A stretch of DNA of 64,000 bases from Haplodiscus bocki. Lineage: Eukaryota. The translations under genes were made by a program, and so were the position numbers. The DNA lies in NCBI GenBank assembly GCA_965655095.1, contig OZ296652.1, forward strand, positions 10,912,001 through 10,976,000, given 5' to 3'. Positions 51,577 through 64,000 of the stretch are shown here, one piece after another. Below the pieces are notes generated by a model. The model saw only the letters and a list, made by a program, of their open reading frames with translations, ran no database searches and was not told the origin of the DNA. Numbering within the stretch: the stretch's first letter is position 1; each line of letters starts with the position of its first letter.

Positions 51577-52344
51577 TACGTTTACATGTCTACAGTTGTA
51601 CACAACACTAAAAAGTCCCTTCTCGAACCGTTTAATATACGCTCGATGTTGCGTTTTTCCTTGCATCCAAACTTGCTTAATATACTTTTGCAAACGTTCA
51701 AAAAACGAGAATACTCTTTTGAATCTAGTTTTCAGAGGTTTTCCACAGACATCAATTCAACCACTGATTTCTGCAATTCTTGGCATTATCGATTTATCAG
51801 GGTTCCGAAGCAAAGTACTGAGCCCGAAGTATTTTTCTGAATCACGTTCTGAAAATTTGAAACTATCTTGAGATGTTGATACTGGAAACCCAGCCAGTAC
51901 TTTGAGAAGAGTTTGACTATGGAGAAAAGCCACTAAAAGTGGCACTTTTGCCCATTTCAGCCTATAAAAGTACGAATGTAGGGAATATATTTCGGAATAT
52001 GTTCATCTAGTAATCTTATACACAGATAAAATTGTCCAATGAGAAGTCGAGGCGGTAGTTGTGGAGACAGATGAGTAGGAATCACCAGAGGAATCACTTG
52101 CATATGCAAGTTTTGGAATTCTCAGCCAATCAATTTTCCGCTGAGAGCAATAAAATTTGAAATTTTTCATTTCAAAACTTAAAACTTGTCGATTGACATC
52201 TTGATGAAGAAATGGAGCCAGAAGCTGTAGAAAAAATTAGTTCTAATACAAAGAGTCATCATACCTATACAAAATTCTTGGAAATTCAGGTATATCAAAT
52301 ATTCAAACAAAGGGTGAAAGAAGAATTATCGGTACTGAATCATC

Positions 52345-53910
52345 TTATACAATAACGTAATTGTGAATTGAGTCCTTGACGGAAAAAATCCTGACAGTTG
52401 CTGCTTCGAGTGAAACCGAGTTTGAATAACGACGAGTCAGCCCAAAAGTCATTTTTTGGCTAGTTTGGCCCATCAGGTTTCCGTTGCGAGTAACTAAATG
52501 AATTGCTTGGCGATCGGGTAACGTTTTACGCGTAGAAAAATGTCGATTGATACCCTGATGGACGAAATACAACCAGTAGTTTTTGGAGAATAAAAGGTGT
52601 GATTCTCCGGCAAAATCGAAAACTTTTGCAGTTGCTGGCTATTTTGGTCCTGAATGTTTCCAATGTAGGAAACGTTTCCCACAATGATATTTTTGAATAA
52701 TGCTATTACAATTGCAAAATTGTTGAATATGACCTGGCTGCGAGAAATTCTACCGGTGTTTTGAAAAGAATCAAACTTGAATATCCAGCCAAATCATACG
52801 AAAATGTTTTTTTTCGGCATTTTCCTATCAATTTTGAGTTTTGAGGAACCGAACGCAATATGTAGCGTTCCCGTGTGTTTTCACAAGTATTTATAAAAGC
52901 CAATAGCTACTTTGCGGAATGAAATGCAGCCACTGGTTTTTAAGAGGCAGTGTTTATAAACGGGAAAATCGGACCAATTTCACATTTTGGCTCTATCGGC
53001 CCATAAACTTTCCGTTGCCAGATTTTTCAGAAACATTATCCTTGAGCAGTGTCCTGGAGTCAAAACTTGTTGATTCAGACCATGATCGGAGATATTGAGA
53101 AGAATCGAGTCTGTTTATCAAAATCAATCATACAAATATTGACAATTTCCGCACCTTAAGTTTCCGGTCGGACAAACCACACTCGATATTGGACAGTCGA
53201 GAAGCTTTTTAAAAATAGAAAAAGGTCGACTGAGACATTGATTGAAGTAATGTATGTAGCCGGTATTTCTGGGGAAATTTTGGCTTGTATTTCAAAATCA
53301 TTTCATGCATTTTTGGCAAAATCAATACGAAAAGGTTACCATGGAAGAACCGGCATGGAAGACAATTTTGTTGAACCACGTTTTGAGAAGTAAAAAAAGT
53401 ATCTTGTGCGCACTTTTCGGCTAATTCCTTCCATGAAGGTTCCGATGCAATAAATCATACCAAAGATATTGTTGCTGGAGGATGTTTTGCAAATTAGAGT
53501 TGTCGGTTGAGACATTGACGGAAGTGGTATAGGTGGTAGTTTTGAAGAAAGTTCAATTTGAATCTCGTGGGTGATCATACGTAAACGGAGGTATTACTAA
53601 CTTCTGTCAAAGGAGATTCTTCTGGAAAGCCCAAATCACCTAAAAAAATAACAATTTTCTGAGCACCTTTTCGAATGGTGACAATAATCGAGTGAGACGT
53701 TGACGAATGAAAATTAGCAGATAGTTCCGAACAAAATTTGGTTTCAATTTCGATGTAGAGAATTACCTGTCTAATATTTTTTCTAGCATCAATGATCCTT
53801 GTTTCAGATGCCAGGTATTCAAACCGAAATACTCCGATAAAGACGGACCTTCTACAAGTGGAAAATTGTCGGCTGTGGCCTTGATAGAAGGTCAGCCGGT
53901 TTCTCGGCAA
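52345..53910 (-). pseudogene. Very old Polinton capsid-module relic (penton C-terminus then MCP remnants)
   Basis: SVFIGVFRFEYL...HSIIVTIRKGAQKIVIFLG parallels penton SISVSLRNETGQMVPFL; KFSILPENHTFYS...IRVSI parallels MCP KFVIQAGQNSFFK...VRRLT; same order and strand as in the large element. Confidence 0.45.
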
Positions 53911-54518
53911 AAAATGATTTAAATATCGAGAATGATAATTACTTTAATGTTTTTTCAACCTGGTATGACTCTGAGGACTATACCACGTACAAAACGACGC
54001 ATTGCTGGAAAAATGTTAAATGCGTCTGGTCTTTTGAGGGCCTGATGAGAAAATAATGCACAGGCACTCGAGGACTCTTTTCTGGAAAAACAACTCAAAT
54101 TTTTAAAATGGAATTCATTTTACAAAATCAAGATATAATTTTCGGATAGTTGAAACTTATCGAAAGTTCCGAAATGTCTCCAAAAATTTGGGACAGGTTG
54201 GCCTTATTCCTTTGTATAGAAAAAGGTACTCTTTTCTAAGAAACAGGAGAAGCCGTAAGTATCTCGAAGAGAAAACTGTATTGTGGGACAAAAAGTCAAT
54301 GAATGTATAATAGTTTCAGGAAACATAAAACCAGCTTCTAAGAGTTTGGATGCTAAAAGTTGGGCTACCTATCTGCGGTGACACTGCATATAAGTTTTGT
54401 AGAAGAGGCTATTAAATCAACAAGAAATTTGCGTGACTTTCGCAAACTCTGGAAAAAGAAAAAACTGCACCGCTGAAATTACTACTTTGGTTTTGGAAAT
54501 TTTGTGAACGGAAACTGA

Positions 54519-55592
54519 AACAAGCTGAAAACAGGTAAACTTCTACGCTGCTCATTTGTCCGGCGCGAAAGCTTCGGTAAATCATCGGAGCGTATCACCA
54601 AAAACTGGAAAATTTTTTGTCTCACAGTACCTAAAAATTAGTAAGGGGCCATTTTTGTGTTTTCGGAAATCTCTGGTGTCTCTGAAAGTTTCTGTTCCTT
54701 CCCAATTGTCGCTTGCGAAAATTTATGTGAACCAAAGAGTGGGAAATCACAAAAAGTTGTCGAACTCTTTTTGTCTCAAGAAAATTTTCTTTAGGGGGTT
54801 CTTCCGGTGTTTCAGAAAATTTCTGGTATCCGAAAACTATGCTTGACGGGGGTATCACGTTTTTCGACAAATTTGTTTTGTCTCATAAGTGCGAAAAGTG
54901 TCGTAGAGGGAACGCCTTTGTTTCTAAAAGTTTTGGGCATCGAAAATTTTTTAGCGTAAAAGGGGGTATCACGATTTTCCGTCGATTTTTTTTTGTCTCA
55001 ACAACTGAAATTTTTCGTAGAAGGGACATTCGTTGAAGTTTACGAGTACTTGCCTGTTCTTCGCATAAACTGCCGTTGCATGCATCAAATTATTATGCCG
55101 GGAAAAACAATTAGGAAATAAGTGGGAACTTTCTTGTGATCTGGAAAAGAAACAGAATGAAGGGAAAAAAAGTACCTACAAAAGTCAGCTTTTTAATTCA
55201 TTAAGCACCGACTAAAAATCGGCGGAAAATAATAATTTTGATTGGATTAGAAAAAAAAAGAATCCAGGAAAATTCAAAATCGTATTAATGAAATGAAGAA
55301 ATATAGGTAAATGTTGATATTCGAACCCGTACCTCGCTGTTCAGATTTGTTGTCTCACCAACTGTCATGGGAACCATTGGAATTTCTGACCAATGTCAGT
55401 GAAATCATAAAAATATATGGCCCAACAGAGATTGGAACCCGGACCTACTGCTTGAGAATTTTTTTCCTCACCGCACTGCCGAGACCATTTGTTTGAAAAT
55501 GAAAATAGTTGGCAAAAATTCACTGATAAAAAAACGACCGTTCTGATTGATTAAATTTTCTTGCTTATTTAAATATGTGATGAAAAATTATA
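54519..55592 (-). mobile_element. Decayed HINE-like element with satellite units and two tRNA-like cassettes
   Basis: aacaagctgaaaacag start; same ~120-bp unit at 54610-55020; ttcgaacccg 55320 and ggaacccggacctactgcttgagaa 55434; distal end similar to 44400-44494. Confidence 0.62.
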
Positions 55593-56589
55593 TGTCTTTC
55601 TCCTCCTTGAAATATTAAAGATGATCAATTAGTCTCCATGAAATATCAAGTAATTGTTTAACTTACAAAGTCAAATGTGCCTTGTCTGCAATAGAGGAGT
55701 GTACATATGTAAAAATGTGTCTTAGAATTACTCGTAAAAACGCTTTACATTCTAAACGATGGTATTGATCTTTTTCCAATCAATAAAAAGGTGATCAATT
55801 CAGTGAAGCGCGTTTAATCGAACCTTAGAATATAGAGTGATTTGAAAGGAAAGAACTAAGAAAATTGCTTAAGCAATACATGTACACGATAGTATGTACA
55901 TCTCGCTTGATGTAGCAAAAATGTCTGCTGTTTAAAAATTTGGCATGAGACCTCTTTGTATATATAGTCTGTCTGATCACTTACTTCCTGCATAATTGAC
56001 CGACTTAGCATTACTTATTACGTCTTCTGATTACGTAACATGTCGGCTTTCGGTGCTGTGGATGATAATGGTGATGATGATTTGGAATATTACTCTGCAA
56101 TCATCAAGTGGAAAAGTGCAAAATGTACTATTGTGTATCACAAAAGTTAGTTTTCTCTCCTTTGAACCCAAAATATGACCGAACTTAGAGCTTTTTCTAC
56201 GCGTGGGTGGCTAATTTTTTTGGCTTTCAAGTTTAGTTTCTGAATTATTGAAGTAATGAAAACGTAAAAGGTTTCTTTAAGCGAGTTTTCAGTGAAATTG
56301 AGGGATCAGAGTTCAATCATTAGGCTCTTGGAGTAAACTTTTTAAAATGCTCTTGAATGCGCATGATTTCAAAATGCTCTCCGGCATGTTTGAAAAACGA
56401 AACATTTGATTATCATGGCATCTGCTGCGATTTTATTGATACAACAATTTGACATTTCAGTGTAGATTTTGGATCAGCTGAAGAAGCTAAAAGTTTGTTT
56501 CAGACCCACAGGTGTGTTATCGAGATCGGCAGCGGCGCTGTTTGTAGGAAACTGCCAGGTTAAAAGCGATCTCCGTTAGCGAATAAAAT

Positions 56590-57032
56590 ACAAGACGGCC
56601 GGCTAGCACCGGCCTATATTTTTCGCCTGAATACAAATATTTCGACCAACATTTGCAAACAGTTAAAAACAAGACTACTGTTTAAAATATACTTTTCGAA
56701 GGTTTTCTACAAACGTCAACTCCACCACTGATTTCTATATTTTCTACAAAAGAAGGGGGTATCACGACGTTTCGTTCAAAATTTTTTGTCTCACAGTACC
56801 GAAAAACTTCGTGGGAATCCTTCAATGTGTCTGAAAATTTGGGGTATCGAAAAATTTTATGCTTAATAGGGGGTATCACGATTTTCCGTCGAAATTGTTT
56901 TGTCTCACAGTGCCGAAAAATTTCATAGGGGAACCCTTAAGTGTTTCATTAATTTCGTGTATCGATAAAATTTATACATAAGAGTGGGATATCACGATCT
57001 TCAGTCGAAAATTTGTTTTCTCACAGTACCGA
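56590..57032 (-). mobile_element. Truncated copy of the 43304 HINE-like element
   Basis: acaagacggccgg-ctagca-ccggcc, subTIR tatttttcgcc, three satellite units. Confidence 0.75.
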
Positions 57033-58276
57033 AATCAAATGTGTCATTTTTTATTGGTGTTTTTCTTTTTTTTAATGGGTTAATTGTTGAAAGTTATTCC
57101 TAACCAGATTTTGTCTATTTTTGACAAATTTTGTGGTTTTTCTCGAAAATGTCGTAATTTACAAGAAATACAGGGAAACGCTCAGATAAATTTTTGTAGC
57201 TTTGCATCTCTCTCAAAGCCTTTGATTTTTTTAAATTTTCAGGACAATAAAATACCTAAAAGGTTACGCTTCTTTGCTGAAGTGAGTTTTCTATACATTC
57301 AGTTATAATTTTTCGTCTTTGGAGTTCAGCTTTCAGAAAATTGTTGGGTCAAAAATTTTTTTAGGAGAGGTTGAAGTTTGTAGAACGGTGCGTGCGCTGC
57401 GTACTGTGTTTTTCTACCTTTTTCGCGGATTGAGATTTTGAATTTTTAAAAGCAGAGATAACAAGACATCACAAACTTGGAAGAACGAGAGGTTAAAATG
57501 TGGCTCAAATTTGCTTATCATGGCTTCGGGGAGATTGCAAAGATTCACTGACGTGCATTAGGTTGAAATTATTCATTTGACCATTTAGCCATTCGAAATT
57601 TTCAAAAAGTGCAAAAATGTCGAAAAAAGATGACGAAATTCGGAGGTCTGCTTTTTCAGGTCTTGTCCGATTTCGATGAAATAAAGATTTTGTAATCTTG
57701 TCAAAAATCTGAGAAACTTTTGCTCCTACAACTTTTTTTCAAAACCAATTCCGTTCCGAAATTTCGAGCTTCAAAAACGCCGATTTTTGCTCAAGAGCTC
57801 ACTTAATTAAATTCACTACTGTACACTTTCAGTAGTTAAATAACATTTTTCTAATATTTCATATTTTACTGAACATACATGTAAAACTAGTGATGATAAC
57901 ATAGCAATGTCTCGAAGCAGACATTGGTAGACTCACGTGCCAAAGCTTAGAATTTCGCGCGCCTTATCAAGTTTTCAATGCATGAAAACTTTTTTTTTCC
58001 AGTATAGTTTTAACGAACGGAATCAAATTTTCTATGCTCATATCAAAAAAAATGCAGGTTCCGAAATGTTCTCAGACCAAAGAAATTCCAAATATTTTGA
58101 TTTTTGAGCTATGATTTGCAGTCAAATTACGCAATACGTATCCGAGATTTTAGACAGAGTCAGGAAAGAGCTCAATCCTTCGCCTGCACAACTTGGTCCT
58201 TTCCACCAGTTTTGCCTTAATTTGAACTTCTAAAATTAATTCCTTCTGAGTTTGACTGGTGTCGGCTTCTTTTCAG

Positions 58277-58571
58277 CTACATTCTCCGAGGAAGTGAACC
58301 CCAGACCCTCTTCTTGTAACAATTCAGGGTCATCATCGCTTCGCTCAAACGACCCGCCTCGTTCCTTCAAAGGTGAACAAGAGCAAAAAGCAGCAGCTTC
58401 AACTGGTACAAGCAGTCATCACTCTTTGGCCTTGGGAACTGCTGCTGTTGCTTCTGAGGGGGTCGCTGCAAAAACTTGGGATCCCCCTTCGAGAAACAAC
58501 TCTACATTATCCAACACTTCCGACTTCAGTCTGCCCAACAGTTGTTCTAACGGCACCTCCGACCGGAGCAG
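58277..58571 (+). CDS. Probable exon D of the PDZ gene (Ser-rich, low complexity)
   Basis: TTTTCAG acceptor, AG|GTGTGT donor; phase 1 in matches exon C, phase 2 out matches exon E; stop-free. Confidence 0.7.
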
Positions 58572-59619
58572 GTGTGTTCAAAATTAGTTCAAACTTCTTA
58601 GAAATATTTTAAATTAAAATTACATCTTTCGGCGTCGAACAACCATCACCGTGTCTAAAAAAATACAATTGGAAGAAGCTACTAGGTTCATAATGATAAT
58701 ACTAGAATTCAAATCTTAATATGATACAAGAAACAGTCAACTCTTGAAATAATTCTTAGAATTCTTTATTCTTAAGAAATAGAGAAATACATATTAGGGC
58801 TGCTTCGAGTTAAAGTATACAAGTGCTTTGTAAAAAAATCGTTTCACGCTGCACTTTTGGTTGAATAGCTTGGGTTTCTCGAAAAATAGAGTCCATTTGA
58901 AAAAAAGTGAGAAATCGGCATTTAAATCTAATAAAGGTAAATTTTGCTCTATATAGCATCAACCTTCTTTACAAAGTGTTTCTAACATAGGCCGCTAGTT
59001 GGGGTACGTTAGACCGAGGTTTAACTGTGTAATATACAGTGTATTAATGTTGTACTAGTGCACAGCGTACAGAAGGTTTCTTACACTTTGGGAAGCGAAT
59101 CCTTAACCTCTCATTACATAAGATTCTACACTTATCCAAATATCAGGTATGGCAATTTTTTAGTAGGCGCTTTAGTTATTACTAAAAGACCGATTACAGT
59201 ACTTTTTTAAGATGGCAGAAACTCTTCACACGACGTTTTAACTAACCTTGCATTTTTTTACCTACTCTACCCACAGAATAAGTACCATACATATTTTCAT
59301 TAGTAGAAAGTTCCAAACACTTTCAAAAAAGCTCATACAAAACTTGAATTTTTTTGCGGAGGCGAACATCCAGATAGCAAAACTTTTGTAATGTATTTTC
59401 TTCGAAACTTTGCGGAAAAGGCAAGCCCAAAAACTTTTGTGAAACCCCCCATATGTGTAATTTTCAAGAGAAAAGCACGAAAATTTTTGGGAAAAGCCCC
59501 ATCGTATGTTTTTTTGATAGAAAATTTGTTTGTTATAGGCATTACGTATAACAAATTTTTCCGACAAATTGAAAGTTTTCAAACATCGAAAACTCCCGTC
59601 CTATGAGTATTTTGAGTCT

Positions 59620-59661
59620 TACAGCGACAGTGACGCTGACTTGACTGTCCTCGGCTTGTTT
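59620..59661 (+). repeat. HINE-like 3' terminus
   Basis: gacgctgacttgactgtcctcggcttgttt. Confidence 0.45.
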
Positions 59662-61090
59662 GTTTTTCTTTTAAGTGACAGACCGTGCTCTCTTTAACCG
59701 AACTTTTTACTAACCGACTATTTTAACTAATCGACACATTATATATAGGATACGTAACTAAAATGTGCAAAGCACTATCCAATGCGTTACAAAACACGAA
59801 CCGGAAATTTTTGTAGAAGCAGATACAAAATTTTCCTTCAGCTAAAGCAAATTCCAAAGTTTTTTCACTATTGCACTATTCAATTTAGCGGAGCAGCAAA
59901 AAGCCACTAAAAATTTGATAGCATTGGAAAATTCAGACCCAACAGCCGTGAAGGGGTACGGATACGAAAGTAGAAGGTTACAGACCGATAAGTTATTGGG
60001 ATACTTTAATCCCGTTGGTGGTAAGATGTTAATTAGCTAAAGCGCACTGAGGTAAATCAAGCCTCAATGTTATTACTAAAAAAAGCGGGACTAGTCGGTG
60101 CGCGGCTTTGGAAAGTACCCACTTAATTAAAACCTCTGGTGACGGTGAAAAGTCATCTGAACTTTGTACGATAGAAATCCTTGTAGTCTCTTAGTGATAA
60201 GAACGAGACGTCCAGTTTAAAAGCATGCATTAGCCGTTACTGCAGAACTTGGGGTGTCTACTGGGTTTCCGATAGAAAGATGCTACATTGGTATCTCACC
60301 GACTCTCGGCTCATGGCTTTCAATCAGCCTCTGGCGGAGCCGGACCTGAGCGGAATTTTATTTGATTGGTTTTTGTCCGGGGGTAGATTCAATTTCTCTT
60401 GTTACTCCGAAAGACTTCACTGGTTGCAGTAATGAAAAAGCCTTTGCAAACCGGTTGTTCTGACTAGATCACGACTGAATTATCACTAAAATAGCTTTAT
60501 GCTATGACCCAGGTGCTAGTTTTCCAAATCGCCGAGCAAAATCTTCATTGAAACACAACTAAATGGGCTTTTGATTGGCAAGGCCCGACAATTTCGCTTT
60601 GACTTACAAATGAACCACCCGGGAAAACGAATTTCAATCCCTCTATTTAGCAAAACAAAACCCTCATCAAATATCCGAGTTGAAGGTTACAAAATCTTGG
60701 GTTGCCAAAACTTTCCAATTAAAGACCCGTTCGAATTAATAGTACTCTCCAGCTGAACAAAACATGCTATTTTTCCAAAAAGAAAATGGTTTGGGGTTTG
60801 AAAGGATCCCTATTGGCGAAAATCGAAAATTTTGGGTTTGAAAATCATGAAGCAACACCAGAAATGCAAAGCTGACTCGTAATGGGCATAAAATTCAACG
60901 GCAATTTTTCTTCCACTGGAACTTTTTGTGCTGCTAAGTAGTTTACTAAAAATCCTTTAGACCAATACCCTTTTTGTTTCCTGTGTCTGGTTAGGAAATC
61001 TTGACCCAAATGCACCCGAGTCTCTGTGCCACAGCCTTTTCAGCCTCACTTTAAATCTGCTTTTCAATCAAATTCAAGCGGGTTGACATA

Positions 61091-61348
61091 AGTAGTGTCA
61101 GATATAGTGTTAAACAACCAAAACAAGTAAAATACCACCTTCATCTTTATATTTTCCCTCATTTTTAGCTCATTTACATAAATTTCTCCATTTCTTCATT
61201 ACTATTCATGAATATATGCCTATTTTTGTGTGTCTTGTTGAATATAAGGATGAATTTGAGGAAATATGTAAGAAAATGGAGGAAAATTGAAAAAAAATAA
61301 AGGTGTTATTTTACTTGTTTTGGTTGTTTATCTCTATCTGACACTACT
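61091..61348. mobile_element. 258-bp palindromic element with Polinton-type termini and 6-bp TSD
   Basis: GACATA|AGTAGTgtcagata ... tatctgacACTACT|GACATA; ~50-bp near-perfect TIR extending imperfectly to ~110 bp. Confidence 0.85.
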
Positions 61349-62414
61349 GACATAGTCCGGATAGAGAAAGCTCTGCGAAAACAACATATTCAATTAGAGC
61401 ATGCATACACACTTCCAGACTCAGTTTACTCAAACCTACAGTACAACACCAGACCTCTGAGCCGTTTTCTGCAGTGGCTGTCCAAGATACGAGTTTCCCA
61501 ATTCCAAATGTGCCTTAAAAAAGTCCACGATTTTCAGTTGCTTTCTTGCTAGTCGCTGACTGCTCAAGGTTGTTTCTCCTCTTTGAGTGGGTCGATTTTC
61601 ATCAAAAGTGAGCTTATTTTGGATCGCCTTGCTGTTCTAAATTGCATGTGCCATACTAAATTTTCAACAAATGTCGGGAACATCAACTAAACTTCAGTTC
61701 TTTTGACCAATTGCCTGGACGATTCAGAATTCTAATATTTGATTACTCTGTGTCTCTTTCAGAGTTTAATTAGTTTATACAGATAGACTGAGCGGATGCG
61801 AACTCAACGAAATCAAAGATTTTGTCAAGCTGGATAATATACTCAATGCCATTTTTGAAAGTCCCCCCCCCCCAATTTAGGGTTTTTTGAAAACATGGCT
61901 GAACTCAATTTTACCTTAATTGGTTGTTGTTAAATTTATGGTTTCCCAAATTTGGCGTTATTTGGCGTGATATTCGTCCAATTGGTAACAACTTTGGATG
62001 ATTTTTGGCTTGTTCACTTGTTACACTTCTCCTAATCAAAAAAACATCAAGCAAACAAATACCAATTATTTTGTCTGATATCCCTCCTTTCTTTGGGAAA
62101 AAAGATATTTGGTGTAAGATTTTTCTCTCATGCTATATACTTTGCACCACCGGAAAGTTTGAATTTTCGGTTGGAATTTTTCGTGCAAACCCCCCCACTA
62201 CACACACACGCACAAACATACTCTTTCGCATATTCCGTTTTTCTTGCAACTGAGGTTCCCACGGATCACATTGGTGAGAAAGAGCACCCTGAAAAAATGT
62301 TTCCGCGCTCTGAGAGAGTTTCTCGAGAAAATTACGATACTATATTGAATTTTTCAAAAAAAAAAGTAGAAATTCTCCAAACGTCAAAGGCCCCACCCTC
62401 GATTATTTTACGTG

Positions 62415-62444
62415 TGACGCCGTCTTAGCTGTTTTCGGCTTGTT
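62415..62444 (+). repeat. HINE-like 3' terminus
   Basis: gacgccgtcttagctgttttcggcttgtt. Confidence 0.45.
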
Positions 62445-63142
62445 ACGACTTTTACCTACCATGTGGTTGAACGTGGAGGTTAAACATAGGTGTTTCAACT
62501 TGTTCTCGGCTAGCGTAAATGATAATTCCCAAGCCGTTTTGGTGAACGTGCATTCCTTGTTCTTGGAAACGCCGACGGAAAATATTTGTCCTAGTATTTT
62601 CTTTCATTTTTTTTCACGCAAGCAGCAAAATACCGGTAGTTGTTATCATATACTTTTCTAAACATAATGCTGAAGAACTGGTAATTTTTTTGATGTTGCT
62701 AAATTATTGAAGCTACGTAGATACGAAACTTTCGTTTGGAAATGCATTTGTATCCGAATGGCGATAATACATTAGTCAACGTTCAGTGATGTCCATCTTT
62801 TTGATGATTCATGGCCTAAAAAAATTTTCCGGTCTAGACTATTTCTAACTCAGTCTTTTAATGCGCTTTTTCTGCATTAGTCGAAGACCTTTTTTGACTG
62901 CTGAAACTTGTATTAAGTTTTGCTTCTCATTGAATATCCAAAAACAGCAATGACATGATTTTTTTCTCAATTGTTTGAAAGTAATCGTCAAGGAACCATT
63001 TTATATTAAAATAAAAAAAAGTGGCATATGAAAGTTTTCCACTCAGTTTTGTTTCTTTTTTTGACTGCCTATCACTTTACATGCAGATATTAGTATTTTG
63101 TATAAGAGATTTAATTATAACTTTGAATATGTTTTGTCACAG

Positions 63143-63676
63143 TCCTCCGATACCTGTGCCTCTCCCTACTCTTACCAGCTGGAAAAGTCAAGACGAGTTG
63201 AACCAACTTACCAATATCTCTTTCACCCTAACTCCAATCAGAAATCCTCTGTACAGTGACGAACAAACAGACGCCACAAAGTCTTCTAACAACTGTTTGG
63301 AGGAAGAATTGGCTAATGATCAGAACAAGTATCAGCGAAAGTACAAGAAAAGAGTCGAAACGGAATTTAGCAACTCTTTGAGAAAAGACAGATGCGCAAA
63401 TCTCTCTGTGCAATCGTTGATACACGATTCTTCTCCAGGTATTGAAGACTCGACTACCTTAGATTTTGATTTGACAGGCAGAAGTCGAAATTACCCAGAA
63501 TTTTCATCGATACTTCCGACTTCAAAAAAAGGGAGCGACCAAAATATGTACGGCCAAAGCGACGTTGATTTCCTGCTCACTTCGGAGCCAGTTGTTTCCA
63601 GACAACTTTTCCTAGATGCAATCAATGCTGACAAGAGATCTTACAATGGCGTGTCACACAAACCCAAAAATTCAAG
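63143..63676 (+). CDS. Probable exon E of the PDZ gene; gene continues beyond the window
   Basis: GTCACAG acceptor, AG|GTAAG donor; 534-nt stop-free frame (S)PPIPVPLPTL...KPKNS; phase 2 in. Confidence 0.75.
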
Positions 63677-64000
63677 GTAAGGATGCGCGGATTGACTTTT
63701 TTGTTTAGGTGTAAATGGTCAGTCAGATTGAAAAATCTGTCTGTTGTTTACTGGGAACAGGAATAAGACGTAAAATCTTTCCGGGCATAAAATTTTACAT
63801 TCTCAGGCTTAAGTGTTCCGAATAAGAAAGTGTCGTACCAGTTTATCCACATTAAGGGACTCTTGGAGTTACTTCACGATTCCAGTCTTTGAAAAAAAAC
63901 ATTAAAAGAACGGGAAAAGTTGATGGACTCGCGGGTTTACCACTCCAGGTATGACTTACTATGGCGCATCCCTACACCCGAGCCACATCATGGCCAAAAC

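Overview
AT-rich, repeat-dense eukaryotic (invertebrate metazoan-like) genomic DNA; no prokaryotic features. Host genes: a two-exon CCDC117-like gene (8641-9587, +) and five phase-compatible exons of a PDZ-domain gene (32461-63676, +) with TE-filled introns. Main mobile content: a ~14 kb degenerate but gene-complete Polinton/Maverick (adintovirus-like) element (~12370-26350: pPolB, protease, major and minor capsid, integrase, ATPase, accessory ORFs), two older Polinton relics, three CR1/L2-like LINE copies plus an RT fragment, a family of DINE-1/HINE-like non-autonomous elements carrying satellite arrays and tRNA-like Pol III cassettes, and several MITEs. Top observations: (1) the Polinton integrase has an in-frame N-terminal PHD finger and lacks the usual C-terminal chromodomain; (2) a 258-bp palindrome with Polinton termini (AGTAGT...ACTACT) and a 6-bp TSD; (3) HINE-like elements with tandem tRNA-like promoters; (4) LINE ORF1 and ORF2 in frame across a TGA-CTA readthrough context. 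All family assignments rest on motif recognition by eye; no searches were run.
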